64,000 bases of DNA from a bacterium (GCA_020057555.1 JAGVFR010000028.1:12444-76443), one strand, 5' to 3'; shown: positions 29,883 to 42,090, counted from the first letter of the stretch. The notes: generated by a model not told the origin, from the sequence alone. Numbers and translations: made by a program.

Positions 29883-31513
29883 GGCCAGTAGAGTGTGTCG
29901 TCAGAGTTAAACTCCGCTAGGTCTGCGATCGATCCATTCCTAGCATCAACAAGGGAAATTTTTTCGCGATCATCAGACAGCACACGTCGCTGAATATATA
30001 TTCCATCTTCCAAAGGATAAAACAAAGAACCGAACTGAACAAAAAACCAGCTCTTCTCCAAACGCACAAAACCAAACTTACCGGAAAATGGTTTTGTATC
30101 AAACAGCGGTTTTATCTCGGTATATTCGCTTAAATTCAGCTCAACATCTTGCGTTTTGGAAAATTTTTTCGTCCACACATCAAACACATACGCGCTGTTT
30201 GTTGTATTTACCAAAAAGAGTTGGGTTCCGTTATCCATTGGCGACACTGAAATTATTTTTTCATTCAAAATCTTATCAATAAAAATGCAATCCAATTTTG
30301 GAAAAATCTCCACTTCGTTTACGCACCAAAACGTAGTATTGTCGCTATTTCGAGTCCCTGAAAATAGAGCGTATTTCCCATAAGTATTTGTCGTAATTGA
30401 TGTTATATTCCAATCCAATTCAGAAGCGTCATAACCCTGTATTGAATTCCAATCAAAACGGAATATGTTATTAGAGTATTCTTGCTTAGCTGTGTCATCT
30501 TTTGGTATTGCGTATAATAAATTTTTTTGCGGTAAGAAAAAGTCCCATTGACCAATAATTTCTTGTTCTTCAGATATTGCTGAATTTATTATAGTACTGG
30601 TTTTATTTTGATTTGTAACAATAAAAATTGGATCCTCAATCGATATTTTTTGCGTTGTATCAACACTTACAAGCTTTGATATTATTTTTGATCGAAATAT
30701 CTGTTTGATTTGGTTACCAAAAGAACTTATCCATCTAGCTCTAAAACTTTTTTCAAAGTTGTGTTCTCCAATAGTCGCTTTAACAGCGCTTATGGTCGCC
30801 ATATCAAGCGAACCTACATCAACAAAAGTGTCTTGAACCTGCTTAGGAGAAATGGGACCTTGAAAAACAGAAACCAGACTGCTTTTTTGCCCTGTTTTTT
30901 GTGTAATATCCACTTCAAATGGAATTGATTTGAGTAATGCTTCAGAGTCGTTACGAATTGCCAATATAATTTGGCGTTTATCTTGATCTAATGAAAGCCC
31001 TTCAATAAAAACGGAATCGCCGTATTCTTTATCTGTATATTCAGTAGACTGATCAATATCGGAAGAATCCAAAAGATGTAAAATAATTTTTACTTGAGCG
31101 CCGATAAGCACTTTATTACCTGACCCAAATGACGTGCTTGTCGTACTAGTAAAATCAATAGCAGTTTCAAATTTATCCTCTGTGTCCAGAACGTTTGAAT
31201 CAATCGTGAATTTGAAAACGACGTTTCCTTCCCCAAGAGGAAGACGAACGCGCGTTCCATCAACAAACGAAAAAGCTTTGGAATTTCCATCTTTCTTTTT
31301 GACAGTGATCCATTCATCTTGTTTTGGATTCGCGCGGAGTATATTTATCTCAATTTCCGCTTTCTCACCGCGAACGACTTCTTGCTCGATAACAGAAGGA
31401 GATACTCCAAAATAACTTGCATACGCCGCATTTGGTAATAGAAACGCGAACACAAAAATGCTTAAACCTAACGCTGACGTAAAATTACGCAAAGATATAA
31501 ATTTCGGGATCAT
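29852..31513 (-). CDS. Secreted protein with N-terminal SP-Ig domain and beta-rich C-terminus
   Basis: AYA|SYFGVSP start; GNKVLIGAQVKIIL strand shared in pattern with two neighbours. Confidence 0.7.
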   Translation of the reverse strand: MIPKFISLRNFTSALGLSIFVFAFLLPNAAYASYFGVSPSVIEQEVVRGEKAEIEINILRANPKQDEWITVKKKDGNSKAFSFVDGTRVRLPLGEGNVVFKFTIDSNVLDTEDKFETAIDFTSTTSTSFGSGNKVLIGAQVKIILHLLDSSDIDQSTEYTDKEYGDSVFIEGLSLDQDKRQIILAIRNDSEALLKSIPFEVDITQKTGQKSSLVSVFQGPISPKQVQDTFVDVGSLDMATISAVKATIGEHNFEKSFRARWISSFGNQIKQIFRSKIISKLVSVDTTQKISIEDPIFIVTNQNKTSTIINSAISEEQEIIGQWDFFLPQKNLLYAIPKDDTAKQEYSNNIFRFDWNSIQGYDASELDWNITSITTNTYGKYALFSGTRNSDNTTFWCVNEVEIFPKLDCIFIDKILNEKIISVSPMDNGTQLFLVNTTNSAYVFDVWTKKFSKTQDVELNLSEYTEIKPLFDTKPFSGKFGFVRLEKSWFFVQFGSLFYPLEDGIYIQRRVLSDDREKISLVDARNGSIADLAEFNSDDTLYWPQKFGRITSP

Positions 31514-32910
31514 AAACTGAAAATTTGTAAGAATTGTTTGATGAATTTTGGAAGAGGATATTTTGGCACAACGTGAACGACAATAGTTTTTTGAACTATA
31601 TTACCAGCAAGGTCAGTCGCGTCAACAAGAAAAGAAAAAGTTCCAAATTTCAAACTTGGAATCTCTATTTTTGATTTGTTAAGTTTTTGAGGTCCGGAAG
31701 TTACTGTGTATTCTCCAACTCCGGAAAGTTGATCAGACACGTCAATCAACAAATTATGATTGGAAAATGAAAACCAAGATTGTTTTTTTGTTTCAAGATT
31801 GGCTTGAATGTTCGGAGGTTTGGTGTCTATTACAAGGCGTTGCGTTATAATTTCTCCAATTCCTTCCGCGGTTTCTCGCGCGATATGTAAAAAGTATATC
31901 CCGTCATCAAGCGAAAATGTAGCTTGCGGAGAACGTGTTTCTAAAACAAGATCGTCAAGCGATGCGTCCTGTTTTGTGTTGAGAACATACTTATAAATAG
32001 AGGCAGACTTAAGGCCTGGTATTTCAAATGTAAGAACAATGTCAGACGAAGCAAAATAAGTATTATCTTTCAAAAGCATTGAAACAGGGCTGATTAAAGA
32101 ATCGAGGGTTTGTAAACCAGGATCTGTTGATGTTTCCGAAGGTTGTTCTATCTTGCCATGTTCTTTGGAGATTTCGTTTGTATCTTGAGTCTTATCGTTA
32201 ATCATTTTTTCATCTGATGTTGATTTTGTATTCAGCAAATCTTCATTATCGGTCGTTGTAGAGACAGGAGATTCTTCAGGTGTGCCAGAATCTGGTTGAG
32301 AAATTTCTTGTGTCGTTGTTTGCTGTTCTGAATTTTGCGAGTTATCTGTCGTTGTATCTTCTTGAGTCGTTGTTTCTTCTTGACTGGAATCATTGGATGT
32401 TCCTGAAGAGCCACCAGATGAAGATCCTCCTGAACTTACAGTACCAACAGATGAAATAACTCCGGTAGAAAACACAGTCACAGCCGTAGCTCCTGTGATG
32501 ACCGAATTGCCAATTGTTCCTGAATCACCAGAAGCTGGAATCAAAAAATCAACAAATATTTCAAACGGCCCTTCAGAAGCAAAATCCGGAACTACATTAA
32601 AACTGTACCAAACCTTATCAGTTCCACTCGTTATAATCAGTTGCGGCGAACCCTGAAAATAAGCTTGTCCGCTTTTGCGCGCCGAAACATTGATTGTCAG
32701 ATCTCCGGTATTATCGTTTGCGCTTCGTATAATCCAAAGTCCAACAGTTTGCATACTGCCAACAGGAATTGTCCCAAGATCAAATTGAGGCGGTGAAATG
32801 CCAATTGCACGCGTATCGTTGACGCGAAAGAAAAAAAATACTATTGCGGTAGCACAAAATAAAATTACAAAAAAAGACAGACGGAGTGAATTTTTAAGAC
32901 TATCTTCCAT
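31510..32910 (-). CDS. Secreted protein with SPP-Ig domain, Ser/Thr-rich linker and Ig-like C-terminus
   Basis: TRA|IGISPP; GNSVITGATAV; low-complexity linker; IDTKPP and ATDLAGN Ig-like motifs. Confidence 0.7.
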   Translation of the reverse strand: MEDSLKNSLRLSFFVILFCATAIVFFFFRVNDTRAIGISPPQFDLGTIPVGSMQTVGLWIIRSANDNTGDLTINVSARKSGQAYFQGSPQLIITSGTDKVWYSFNVVPDFASEGPFEIFVDFLIPASGDSGTIGNSVITGATAVTVFSTGVISSVGTVSSGGSSSGGSSGTSNDSSQEETTTQEDTTTDNSQNSEQQTTTQEISQPDSGTPEESPVSTTTDNEDLLNTKSTSDEKMINDKTQDTNEISKEHGKIEQPSETSTDPGLQTLDSLISPVSMLLKDNTYFASSDIVLTFEIPGLKSASIYKYVLNTKQDASLDDLVLETRSPQATFSLDDGIYFLHIARETAEGIGEIITQRLVIDTKPPNIQANLETKKQSWFSFSNHNLLIDVSDQLSGVGEYTVTSGPQKLNKSKIEIPSLKFGTFSFLVDATDLAGNIVQKTIVVHVVPKYPLPKFIKQFLQIFSL

Positions 32911-33002
32911 ATCAGATTCTTATGATATTCTAACAAATTTTTCGGATATATTAAACTGACTCTTGTGCCGTTCCTGCTATTTTGTTATAGTCGTGCCGAT
33001 GT

Positions 33003-33078
33003 CGGGACGTAGCTCAGTAGGTAGAGCGCCTGGTTTGGGACCAGGAGGCCGCAGGTTCGAGCCCTGTCGTCCCGACCA
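33003..33078 (+). tRNA. tRNA-Pro(TGG)
   Basis: CGGGACG...TTTGGGA...GGTTCGAGCC...CGTCCCG-ACCA. Confidence 0.98.
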
Positions 33079-33164
33079 ACTGCTGATAGATTCAGATGTG
33101 ACAGGACGGCTGCGTCGCTCGAGAGAGACAAACTTTGTTTATCTCTCCGCTCGCTATCCTCGCC

Positions 33165-33189
33165 GTTCGAGCCCTGTCGTCCCGACCAA
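33165..33189 (+). repeat. 25-nt direct repeat of the tRNA-Pro 3' end
   Basis: GTTCGAGCCCTGTCGTCCCGACCAA is identical to 33055-33079. Confidence 0.95.
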
Positions 33190-33208
33190 TTCAACAAAAA
33201 ATGCAATC

Positions 33209-33282
33209 GCGGGTATCGTATAATGGTAATACTCCAGTTTTCCAAACTGGCACCAGGGGTTCGATTCCCCTTACCCGCTCCA
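33209..33282 (+). tRNA. tRNA-Gly(TCC)
   Basis: GCGGGTA...TTTCCAA...GGTTCGATTCC...TACCCGC-TCCA; terminator hairpin at ~33285-33320. Confidence 0.98.
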
Positions 33283-33428
33283 ACACAAAAGCGGCAGTTC
33301 ATCTGCCGCTTTTGTGTTTGCAAACAATGACCTCCTACCAGCACTAAAATGCAGGGTTTCCTGAAAAATTAAAAAGGAGCGATTGAGTTTAATCGCTCCA
33401 AAGAAGAACGTGCAGTGTCTGCCCTGCT

Positions 33429-33803
33429 TCAGCAGTGCAACACTGTTCGCGGACCATGGATGAAGGCAAAAGCCCGAGGACCTCTTGGTAGTTGGTCAAC
33501 CTCGGTTCCTTCTTCAGTATGAATGAAGGCAAACGTCGCCTGTTTGAACAGTATGGAGATGTCCGAATCCAACACCGCTCCCGGCATCGGCTGTGTTGTC
33601 TCGTTCTCGCCCATGAAGAGCGCGATGTTGCTGAAGATCAGGCTGATGTCACAGTCAGCTGTATCCCGAACTTGTACGCCGATTTCACTTCCTTGCGCTT
33701 CCGCCAACGACTGAGGTCCGGTGGTGTCTGCCTTCTGCGGTCTAGCGATCGCCGTTCCGCAGACAAGCAACACTACCGCAAGGATCCCAAGAATCTTTTT
33801 CAT
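33429..33803 (-). CDS. Small secreted hypothetical protein with internal repeats
   Basis: MKKILGILAVVLLVCGTAIA signal, AAGGA SD; DCDISLIF/DSDISILF and FAFIH twice. Confidence 0.7.
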   Translation of the reverse strand: MKKILGILAVVLLVCGTAIARPQKADTTGPQSLAEAQGSEIGVQVRDTADCDISLIFSNIALFMGENETTQPMPGAVLDSDISILFKQATFAFIHTEEGTEVDQLPRGPRAFAFIHGPRTVLHC

Positions 33804-33976
33804 GGTTTTTCCTTCGGTTGTTGTTGTACTTGTAACAAGAAAGCCCGCTCTCTTTTTGCCATCATCCAAAAACATCCAGTCTCCGCCTCCTTTCTGACTG
33901 TGTCTTTGGATAACAACCGAGACAGCTCTTGATCCCCGAACTTCAGAAACCAAGAGCTGGCACGGTGAATATAATC

Positions 33977-34459
33977 TTACCACTTTTTGTTTGCCATTGT
34001 TATAGCGGCCGCGAGCGCGTCTGCCGCGTCGTCTGGTTTTGGAGGTTTTGGTAAATGCAGAATTTCTTTTACCATTTTTTGCATTCCAGCTTTTGTCGCG
34101 GCACCGTTTCCTGTCATAGCTTTTTTAATTTGCGCTGGAGTAAATTCAAACACAGGAGTTCCTGATTGAGCGGCCATTAGCATTGCAACTCCGCGCGCTT
34201 CAGCAACACACATTGCAGTTGACGAACTTTTCCCAAAAAATAATTTCTCAATCGCAACAGCATGCGGTTTGTGATGCGCGAACAAGTCGCCCAAATCATT
34301 CGCCAAACTTAACAAACGATTTTCAAACGCGTCACCGCTTGTTGTAACCATAACTCCATAATCAACAAGTTCGACTGCTCCTGCATTTACGAAAATAACT
34401 CCAAATCCCATTCGGCCGTATCCCGGATCAAGACCCATCAAAATGTAACCTTGTTCCAT
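33977..34459 (-). CDS. ruvC: Holliday junction resolvase
   Basis: LMGLDPG, AIEKLFF, AEARGV, DDAADALA. Confidence 0.96.
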   Translation of the reverse strand: MEQGYILMGLDPGYGRMGFGVIFVNAGAVELVDYGVMVTTSGDAFENRLLSLANDLGDLFAHHKPHAVAIEKLFFGKSSSTAMCVAEARGVAMLMAAQSGTPVFEFTPAQIKKAMTGNGAATKAGMQKMVKEILHLPKPPKPDDAADALAAAITMANKKW

Positions 34460-34515
34460 AGTAAAGAGATGTTATCAAAAAACCGTTGCCCTTTCAAGAC
34501 AACGGTTTTCTTTTT

Positions 34516-37500
34516 TTATTCTTCAACTAATTCTTTCTTCTCATCCTCTCCAATCACTTTGTTCTCTGAAAAAGCTTTTTCAATTTCTCCCACAATCTCC
34601 CTTGTTGGTATTGTAATTTCAAGCTCTTCAGGAAGATTAATTTCACCGATCATTTCTTTCTGCATTCCTTCATATCCTGTTCCTGCTGGAATAAGTCGTC
34701 CGATAATAACGTTTTCTTTCAAACCTTCCAAACGATCAACCTTTCCAGTTACAGCCGCACTAATAAGAACCTTTGCTGTTTCTTGGAAGGATGCCGAAGA
34801 CAACCACGAGTCAGTTGAAAGCGAGATTTTTGTGATTCCAAGAAACAATTCTTCTGAAGTTGCTTCTTTTCCTTTTCCAACATCGTCGTTTGCATCGAGG
34901 AATGTTGCTTTTTCAATTATCTCACCTGGAAGAAGATCCGTGTCTCCCGGATCAAGCACACGCACACGAGAAAACATTTGATGAATGATAATCTCAATGT
35001 GTTTGTTGTTTAATTTCTGACCTTGGCTCGCGTAAATGAACTGAATTTCTTTTGACAGATATTTTTGAACCGCGGCTTGTCCTTTGTGTTTGAACAAAAC
35101 TTGCAAGTCCAAATTTCCATCAGTCAATGGATCGCCTGACTGAACTTCATCGCCATCTTTAACATAAAGAGTGTATCCAGGTGGGATGATGTATTCGCGA
35201 ATTTTTTCAACTTCACTTATAACATTCACAACTCCTGCTTTTCCAATTTTCACAACCCCGTCAACTTTTGACTCAATAACTCCGGAAGATTTTTCTGCCA
35301 AAGATTGTCCTTTAATAACCGACTCTCCATCTTTAACCAAAATCTTTGATGCTTTTCCGACAATGTGTGGTTCTTCTTCAATTGAAGTGTATGCAACCTT
35401 AACTGCCTTTTGTCCCGGACGAATATCAACGATTTGCTTTCCGGTTCCAGCTTGAACAATTTCGCGCTGAGCAATTTCAACGCTAACTTTTCCTGAAACT
35501 TCAGACATGATCGCTTTTTGTTTTGGATTGCGAGCTTCAAACAATTCTTCAACGCGTGGCAAACCTTGCGTGATATCTTTTCCTGCAACACCTCCAGTGT
35601 GGAAAGTACGCATTGTAAGCTGTGTTCCAGGTTCTCCAATTGATTGTGCGGCCATGATTCCTACGGCAGTTCCCATGCGAACGAGTTTGTTGAAAGCAAG
35701 ATCATATCCATAACACTTTCTACAAACACCTCGACGCAAGCGACATGTTGTAACACTTCGAACATGAGCTTCGGTTAGATTTTCACCAGCGGCTTCAAGT
35801 TCACGAATGTGTTCTTCTGTAATTATCTCGCCAGCTTTGACTATAATTTTTCTACCACCAGGTTTTTTAACATCAGATAACGCAGAGCGTCCAAGAATGC
35901 GAACAATAAGTGGTTCTCCGATTTCATCTGATTCCTCTTTTGTAAGATGAACTCCTTGATCGTCTCCGCAATCTTCTTCTCGTACGATTACGTCTTGCGC
36001 AACATCAACCAAACGTCGAGTAAGATACCCAGCGTTTGCTGTACGCAAAGCTGTGTCTGTCAAACCTTTTCGAACACCGTGAGAAGAAATAAAGAATTCA
36101 AGAACATCGTATCCATCTTTGAAGGAAGATTTAACTGGGAGTTCAATAATTTCTCCGGCTGGGTTTGCAACAAGTCCTTTCATACCGACCATCTGCGTCA
36201 TCTGACCCCAAGTTCCACGAGCTCCGGATTCAATCATTGTGTAAGCTGAACTGTCTTTTGATAAAGATTTTTTCGATTCATCCGCGATGCGATCTTTAAT
36301 CTCACTCCAAATTTTGATGATAGATGAATGACGCTCGGAAGCAGTGAGAAGACCTTGCTCAAAAAATTCTTCAGTTTCTCGCAAACGGCTTTCTCCTTCC
36401 GCGATCAGTGCTGGCTTGTTTGCAATTGTTGGAAGAGCTGACATTCCCCATGAGTAACCAGATTGAGTTGAATACTCAAACCCGAGTTCTTTCAAACGAT
36501 CAAGAAATTGCGCTGTAAGTTCAGAACCATTAAGTTCAAGATAGTATTTAACGATATTTGAAAGCTCTTTTTTGCCAAGTGTCTGGTTCATGAATGGAAC
36601 TTCGTGTGGAAATTGTGAATTCACAATAACACGCCCAGGACTTGTAATAAGAGTCTCTCCGTTTTTCAATCGAACAACACACCAATCTCTCCATTTAAGA
36701 TGACCAATGCGAACAGCATAGAGCGCGTCAGTTTCATCTGAAAAAATTGGCAAGCCAGTTTTTTCTTTTGGCATTGGTGTTAATTCCATTGTGAGATAGA
36801 AAATTCCCCAAGCAATATCTTTTCCAGGAGTCACAACTGGCCCGCCGTGCGCTGGCTTAAGCAAGTTTTTGGATGAAAGCATGATCTCGCGAGCTTCGGC
36901 ACGCGCTTCTTGAGTGAGTGGAACATGAACAGCCATTTGGTCGCCGTCAAAGTCCGCGTTGTACGCGTCACAAACAAGTGGGTGAATTTGAATGGCTTTT
37001 CCTTCAATAAGCGTTGGACGAAATGCCTGAATACCAAGACGGTGAAGAGTTGGAGCGCGGTTCAAAAGAACAAATGCGTCTTTGATTATCTCTTCCAAAA
37101 TATCCCAAGTCTCTGGTCTGTCTGACTCGATAAAACGATTAGCGCTTCGAATGTTATGAACGTATTCACGCTCAATCAGTTTTGAAATAATAAACGGCTT
37201 GAAAAGTTCAAGCGCCATTTTCTTTGGAAGACCGCATTGATCAAGTTTAAGATGAGGGCCAACAACAATAACGCTTCGTCCAGAATAATCAATACGTTTT
37301 CCAAGAAGGTTCTGGCGGAAACGACCTTGCTTCCCTTTCAACTGGTCAGCAAGAGATTTTAGTTGGCGCTTTTTTCCTGTTGCCGCAATAACAGTTTTGC
37401 TGTGACGTGCGCTATTGTCGATAAGTGCATCAACAGCTTCTTGCAACATGCGTTTTTCATTTCGAGAAATAACTTCTGGCGCGTTCAATTCATACAAACG

Positions 37501-38541
37501 TTTGAGACGATTGTTGCGGTTGATAACACGGCGATAAAGATCGTTCAAATCAGAAGTTGCAAATCTGCCGCCATCAAGAGGAACCATTGGGCGAAGATCT
37601 GGTGGAATGATTGGAACAACTTCCAAAACCATCCATCCTGGTTTGATATTGTTTATGAAAAGCGATTTTAGTAATTTGAGACGTCTTAGCAAACGATCGC
37701 GTTTTGTTTTTGTCGCATCTTCAAGTTCCTCTTCGAGCTTTTTCATTGTTTCCTCAACATTCACGCGTCTTAACATTTCCTGAACAGCTCCAGCGCCAAT
37801 TCCTGCTTCAAAAATATGACCGTACTTGAGCGACCAATCATGATATGTTTGTTCAGAAATAATAGACAAAACTTTCATGTCTTCAAGATCATTCATCACT
37901 TGTTCATAATCCAAAGTCAGTTCCTCTGTTTTCTGATCGCGAATTTCTTCCAAACGATGCATTTCTTGTTTAATTTTCTTTTCATCAGTTCCAAACTTTT
38001 CTTCAAGACGTCCAACATCGCGCTTAAATTCACCTTCAATCATTTTCTCTTTGCTCTTTTTTTCTTGTTTAACTTGTTCAATAGTTTGTTCTTTTGCTTC
38101 TTCATTTATATTGGTGATAATGAAGCTTGCAAAGTAAATAACTTTTTCCAAATTCTGAATTGACATGTCAAGCACTGTTCCGATTTTGGAAGGTACTCCG
38201 CGCAAAAACCAAATATGCGTAATTGGACATGCGAGCTCGACATGACCCATACGTTCGCGTCGAACAATCGAGTGTGTTACTTCAACTCCACACTTATCAC
38301 AAACAATTCCTTTGTAACGGATTTTTTTATACTTACCGCAATAACACTCCCAATCTTTTGATGGTCCAAAAATCTCTTCAGCAAACAAACCGCTTTTTTC
38401 AGGTTTCTGTGTGCGGTAGTTGATTGTTTCCGGTTTTAATACTTCTCCGAATGACCAGGAACGCATAACTTCAGGTGAAGCCAAGCGTAGGCGAATGGAG
38501 TCAAAGTCTGTTGATTTGAGCGAGTCTTGTTTTTTGAACAT
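34516..38541 (-). CDS. rpoC: RNA polymerase beta' subunit
   Basis: KPETINYRT, zinc finger, [22 protein letters not shown]. Confidence 0.99.
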   Translation of the reverse strand: MFKKQDSLKSTDFDSIRLRLASPEVMRSWSFGEVLKPETINYRTQKPEKSGLFAEEIFGPSKDWECYCGKYKKIRYKGIVCDKCGVEVTHSIVRRERMGHVELACPITHIWFLRGVPSKIGTVLDMSIQNLEKVIYFASFIITNINEEAKEQTIEQVKQEKKSKEKMIEGEFKRDVGRLEEKFGTDEKKIKQEMHRLEEIRDQKTEELTLDYEQVMNDLEDMKVLSIISEQTYHDWSLKYGHIFEAGIGAGAVQEMLRRVNVEETMKKLEEELEDATKTKRDRLLRRLKLLKSLFINNIKPGWMVLEVVPIIPPDLRPMVPLDGGRFATSDLNDLYRRVINRNNRLKRLYELNAPEVISRNEKRMLQEAVDALIDNSARHSKTVIAATGKKRQLKSLADQLKGKQGRFRQNLLGKRIDYSGRSVIVVGPHLKLDQCGLPKKMALELFKPFIISKLIEREYVHNIRSANRFIESDRPETWDILEEIIKDAFVLLNRAPTLHRLGIQAFRPTLIEGKAIQIHPLVCDAYNADFDGDQMAVHVPLTQEARAEAREIMLSSKNLLKPAHGGPVVTPGKDIAWGIFYLTMELTPMPKEKTGLPIFSDETDALYAVRIGHLKWRDWCVVRLKNGETLITSPGRVIVNSQFPHEVPFMNQTLGKKELSNIVKYYLELNGSELTAQFLDRLKELGFEYSTQSGYSWGMSALPTIANKPALIAEGESRLRETEEFFEQGLLTASERHSSIIKIWSEIKDRIADESKKSLSKDSSAYTMIESGARGTWGQMTQMVGMKGLVANPAGEIIELPVKSSFKDGYDVLEFFISSHGVRKGLTDTALRTANAGYLTRRLVDVAQDVIVREEDCGDDQGVHLTKEESDEIGEPLIVRILGRSALSDVKKPGGRKIIVKAGEIITEEHIRELEAAGENLTEAHVRSVTTCRLRRGVCRKCYGYDLAFNKLVRMGTAVGIMAAQSIGEPGTQLTMRTFHTGGVAGKDITQGLPRVEELFEARNPKQKAIMSEVSGKVSVEIAQREIVQAGTGKQIVDIRPGQKAVKVAYTSIEEEPHIVGKASKILVKDGESVIKGQSLAEKSSGVIESKVDGVVKIGKAGVVNVISEVEKIREYIIPPGYTLYVKDGDEVQSGDPLTDGNLDLQVLFKHKGQAAVQKYLSKEIQFIYASQGQKLNNKHIEIIIHQMFSRVRVLDPGDTDLLPGEIIEKATFLDANDDVGKGKEATSEELFLGITKISLSTDSWLSSASFQETAKVLISAAVTGKVDRLEGLKENVIIGRLIPAGTGYEGMQKEMIGEINLPEELEITIPTREIVGEIEKAFSENKVIGEDEKKELVEE

Positions 38542-38543
38542 AT

Positions 38544-41500
38544 TTATTTTGACTTCTTCTCTCCTGGCAGGTCGACCTTTTTGCCATCTTTCAAAAGCTC
38601 AACATCCAGACACAGACCCTTAAGCTCTCGAACAAGCACATTAAATGATTCTGGGATATTCACTTTTCTTATTTGCTCACCTTTGATAATTGCTTCGTAT
38701 GCTTTTGATCGGCCGGGAACATCATCTGATTTGATTGTAAGAATTTCTTGAAGAGTGTGCGCGGCGCCGTATGCTTCCAAAGCCCACACTTCCATTTCTC
38801 CGAAACGCTGTCCTCCGAATTGCGCTTTTCCACCGAGCGGTTGCTGTGTGATAAGCGAGTAAGGACCGATCGAGCGTTGATGCATTTTGTCTTCAACCAT
38901 GTGAGAAAGTTTGAGAATGTACATGTATCCGATTGTCACAGGGTTTTCGAATTTTTCACCATTTCTTCCGTCATAAAGATCAACCTGACCTGTTGTTGCC
39001 ATTCCGGCTTTTTCCAATTCTTCATGAATCTGCGCTTCTGTTACTCCATCTAGAACATGAGTTGTAACGTTGTATCCAAGCGCGTTTGCGGCAAGACCCA
39101 AATGGACCTCGAGAATTTGTCCGAGGTTCATACGTGAAACAACTCCAAGCGGAGTGAGGATAACATCAAGCGGAGTTCCGTCTGCTAAAAACGGCAAGTC
39201 AGCCATTGGAACAACTCTTGAAATAACACCTTTGTTTCCGTGACGTCCCGCGACCTTATCACCAACTTGAATTTTTCGAAGGTCAGCAATTGTAACTTGG
39301 ATTGATTTGATAACTCCTGGTGAAAGTTTGTCTCCAGCTTCTCGAGAGAAAATCGTTACATCAACAACTTTTCCGTGTTCACCATGTTCAAGATATAAAG
39401 AAGAATCACGAACATCGCGCGCTTTTTCTCCAAAGATCGCTCGAAGCAATTTTTCTTCTGCTGAAAGTTCTGTTTCACCTTTTGGAGTAATTTTTCCAAC
39501 CAAGATATCACCTGACTTTACTTCAGCTCCAATACGAATTATTCCTTCAGCATCAAGGTGTTTCAATTTTTCTTCTGAAACGTTTGGAATGTCAGACGTA
39601 ACAACTTCTGGACCAAGTTTTGTGTCGCGAACATCAATTGTGTAGTTTTCAATGTGGACTGAAGTAAATCTGTCATCATGAACAAGCCGTTCAGAAATAA
39701 TAACAGCGTCTTCAAAGTTATATCCGTCCCATGCCATAAATCCGACCAAACAATTTTGTCCAAGCGCGAGTTCTCCGTGATCAACCGCTGACGAGTCAGC
39801 AACAACGTCACCCTTTTTGATTTTCTGTCCTTTATCTACAACTGGTCGTTGATTGATTGCTGTTGAATTGTTAGAACGCAAAAACTTTTTCAACTCGTAA
39901 TCAAACACATTGTCGTGCTTGTCTGTAATTTGAATTCGACTTGAGTCAACTTGTGAAATTTCTCCTTCTTGTTCTGCGACAACAACGTGGCCTGAATCTT
40001 TTGCCGAACGTTTTTCAACACCGGTTCCAATAATTGGCGCATCAGGTTTAATAGTTGGAACAGCTTGACGTTGCATGTTTGTTCCCATGAGCGCGCGAGT
40101 CGCGTCATCGTGTTCCAAAAACGGAATAAGCGCGGTTCCAATTGAAACGATCTGCTTTGAAGAAACGTCCATGTAATCAATTTCTGATTGTGAGACGATT
40201 TTTGGTTCCCCATATTTTCTTCCGCCAATAAATTCATCAATAAAATATCCATTTTCATCAATTGGAATTGTTGCCGGAACTGTAACTGATCGTTCTTCTT
40301 TGAATGCATTGATAAATTCAACCTCGTCAGTCGCTCTGGCGATTTTTTTTCCATTTTTTTCTTCTTTTACAACTTTTCGATATGGAGTTTCAATAAACCC
40401 ATAATCGTTGATAATTGCATATGATGCGAGGTGGCCGATAAGTCCGATGTTAGGTCCTTCCGGAGTTGCGATTGGACAAATACGACCATAGTGAGTTGGG
40501 TGAACATCGCGAACTTCAAAGCCCGCGCGCTCACGCGAAAGACCACCAGGCCCCATAGCTGAAAGTCGACGTTTGTGTTCGAGCTCCGCAAGTGGGTTTG
40601 TTTGATCCATGAATTGTGAAAGCTGTGAACTCATGAAAAATTCTCGCACAGCTCCAATAACAGGGCGAGCATTGATGAGCTTTCCTGGAGTAAGAGCTCC
40701 GATATCTTGAGTTGACATTCGATCTTTAATAATGCGTTCCATTCGAGCAAGACCAACACGGAAACGACCCTGAATGAGTTCACCAACAGCTCGCACGCGA
40801 CGATTTCCCAAATGATCTACATCATCAGGATCACCTTGTGTGATATTTAAATTGATAATCTCTCGAACAATTTTTACTAAATCTTCTTTTCTGATAATTC
40901 GTTTCTTTTCATCTGCAACTTCTTCTGGCGAAACATCATCATTGAAGCGCAAATTAAATTTGTATCGTCCGACTTTTCCCAAATCGTATCGATCAAAATT
41001 GAAAAACATTGAGTGAATAAGACCTTTGGCATTATCAGCTGTTGCGCGATCTCCAGGTCGAATACGCTTGTACACTTCAATCAAACCATCATCTTCATTT
41101 TTTGAAATGTCTTTGTTCAGCGTTGCTTCAATGTAGTGATTGATTGGATGAGTATCAATGTCTTTAAAGAAAGACATAATCTCTTCGTCAGTTGAAATAC
41201 CAAACGCGCGCATAAGAGCTGTAACAGGGACTTTGCGCTTGCGATCGATTTTTACCCAGATCACGTTTTTTGGATCTGTTTCAAATTCAAGCCATGCTCC
41301 GCGGTTTGGAATAATCTTTGCTCCATAATATCTGCGTCCTCGATAAACTTCCGCGGTAAAAAATGCTCCAGCGCTTCGTACAAGTTGTGACACGACAACA
41401 CGCTCAACACCGTTAATCACAAATGTTCCGCGTGGAGTCATGATTGGAAGATCACCCAAATAAATTTCCTGTTCTTTGACGTCTTTTGTGCGCAAATTCA

Positions 41501-41798
41501 CAAGGCGAGTTTTAACTCGAAGTGGCGCTTCAAACGTCACGTTTTTCATGCGTGATGTTTTTTCATCAAACTTTGGCTCATCCAAATAATAATCATCAAA
41601 ATAAAGCTCGAGATCGCGACCAATAAAGTCGTGAATAGGTGTGACTTCAGAAAAAAGCTCTTTGATTCCCTCATCAAAAAACCAACGATAAGAACGACGT
41701 TGAACCTCAATCAAGTCAGGAAGCTCAAGAGCATCCGTGGCTGTATTGAAGACTTTTCGCTCTCGTGTTTTAACAGGGGTGCGGCGATATATAGGCAT
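38544..41798 (-). CDS. rpoB: RNA polymerase beta subunit
   Basis: [43 protein letters not shown]. Confidence 0.99.
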   Translation of the reverse strand: MPIYRRTPVKTRERKVFNTATDALELPDLIEVQRRSYRWFFDEGIKELFSEVTPIHDFIGRDLELYFDDYYLDEPKFDEKTSRMKNVTFEAPLRVKTRLVNLRTKDVKEQEIYLGDLPIMTPRGTFVINGVERVVVSQLVRSAGAFFTAEVYRGRRYYGAKIIPNRGAWLEFETDPKNVIWVKIDRKRKVPVTALMRAFGISTDEEIMSFFKDIDTHPINHYIEATLNKDISKNEDDGLIEVYKRIRPGDRATADNAKGLIHSMFFNFDRYDLGKVGRYKFNLRFNDDVSPEEVADEKKRIIRKEDLVKIVREIINLNITQGDPDDVDHLGNRRVRAVGELIQGRFRVGLARMERIIKDRMSTQDIGALTPGKLINARPVIGAVREFFMSSQLSQFMDQTNPLAELEHKRRLSAMGPGGLSRERAGFEVRDVHPTHYGRICPIATPEGPNIGLIGHLASYAIINDYGFIETPYRKVVKEEKNGKKIARATDEVEFINAFKEERSVTVPATIPIDENGYFIDEFIGGRKYGEPKIVSQSEIDYMDVSSKQIVSIGTALIPFLEHDDATRALMGTNMQRQAVPTIKPDAPIIGTGVEKRSAKDSGHVVVAEQEGEISQVDSSRIQITDKHDNVFDYELKKFLRSNNSTAINQRPVVDKGQKIKKGDVVADSSAVDHGELALGQNCLVGFMAWDGYNFEDAVIISERLVHDDRFTSVHIENYTIDVRDTKLGPEVVTSDIPNVSEEKLKHLDAEGIIRIGAEVKSGDILVGKITPKGETELSAEEKLLRAIFGEKARDVRDSSLYLEHGEHGKVVDVTIFSREAGDKLSPGVIKSIQVTIADLRKIQVGDKVAGRHGNKGVISRVVPMADLPFLADGTPLDVILTPLGVVSRMNLGQILEVHLGLAANALGYNVTTHVLDGVTEAQIHEELEKAGMATTGQVDLYDGRNGEKFENPVTIGYMYILKLSHMVEDKMHQRSIGPYSLITQQPLGGKAQFGGQRFGEMEVWALEAYGAAHTLQEILTIKSDDVPGRSKAYEAIIKGEQIRKVNIPESFNVLVRELKGLCLDVELLKDGKKVDLPGEKKSK

Positions 41799-42001
41799 AA
41801 TAGAAAACAAAAAGAAAACCTTTGATTTAGAGGTCTTCCTTATTTATTTTGTTTGTGGGTTGAGAAAGCCATCAAAGAGTGGGTGAGTTCTTTAGATGGA
41901 AACTACCTTCTGTGCACCTGGTTGACCGTTCAGCCACAAACGAGGTGAAATATTTTGTCAAACTTTGCTCAAATTAGCTAAAAATGACGAAATGCAACGA
42001 G

Positions 42002-42030
42002 ATAGTAACATGCGCTGGTACGAACGTCAA
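42002..42030 (-). promoter_or_regulatory. sigma70 promoter for rpoBC, ~200-nt leader
   Basis: TTGACG-17-TACTAT with TG extension. Confidence 0.7.
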
Positions 42031-42090
42031 GTGCCATATGTGAACTTTCAGTGGATTGTCAAGAGTTAGGATTTTTTAGCTAAAAAAAGC

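Noticed and set aside
34451-34981. 176-aa plus-strand ORF and many similar short antisense ORFs
   Set aside because: Shadows of rpoC and other well-supported genes.
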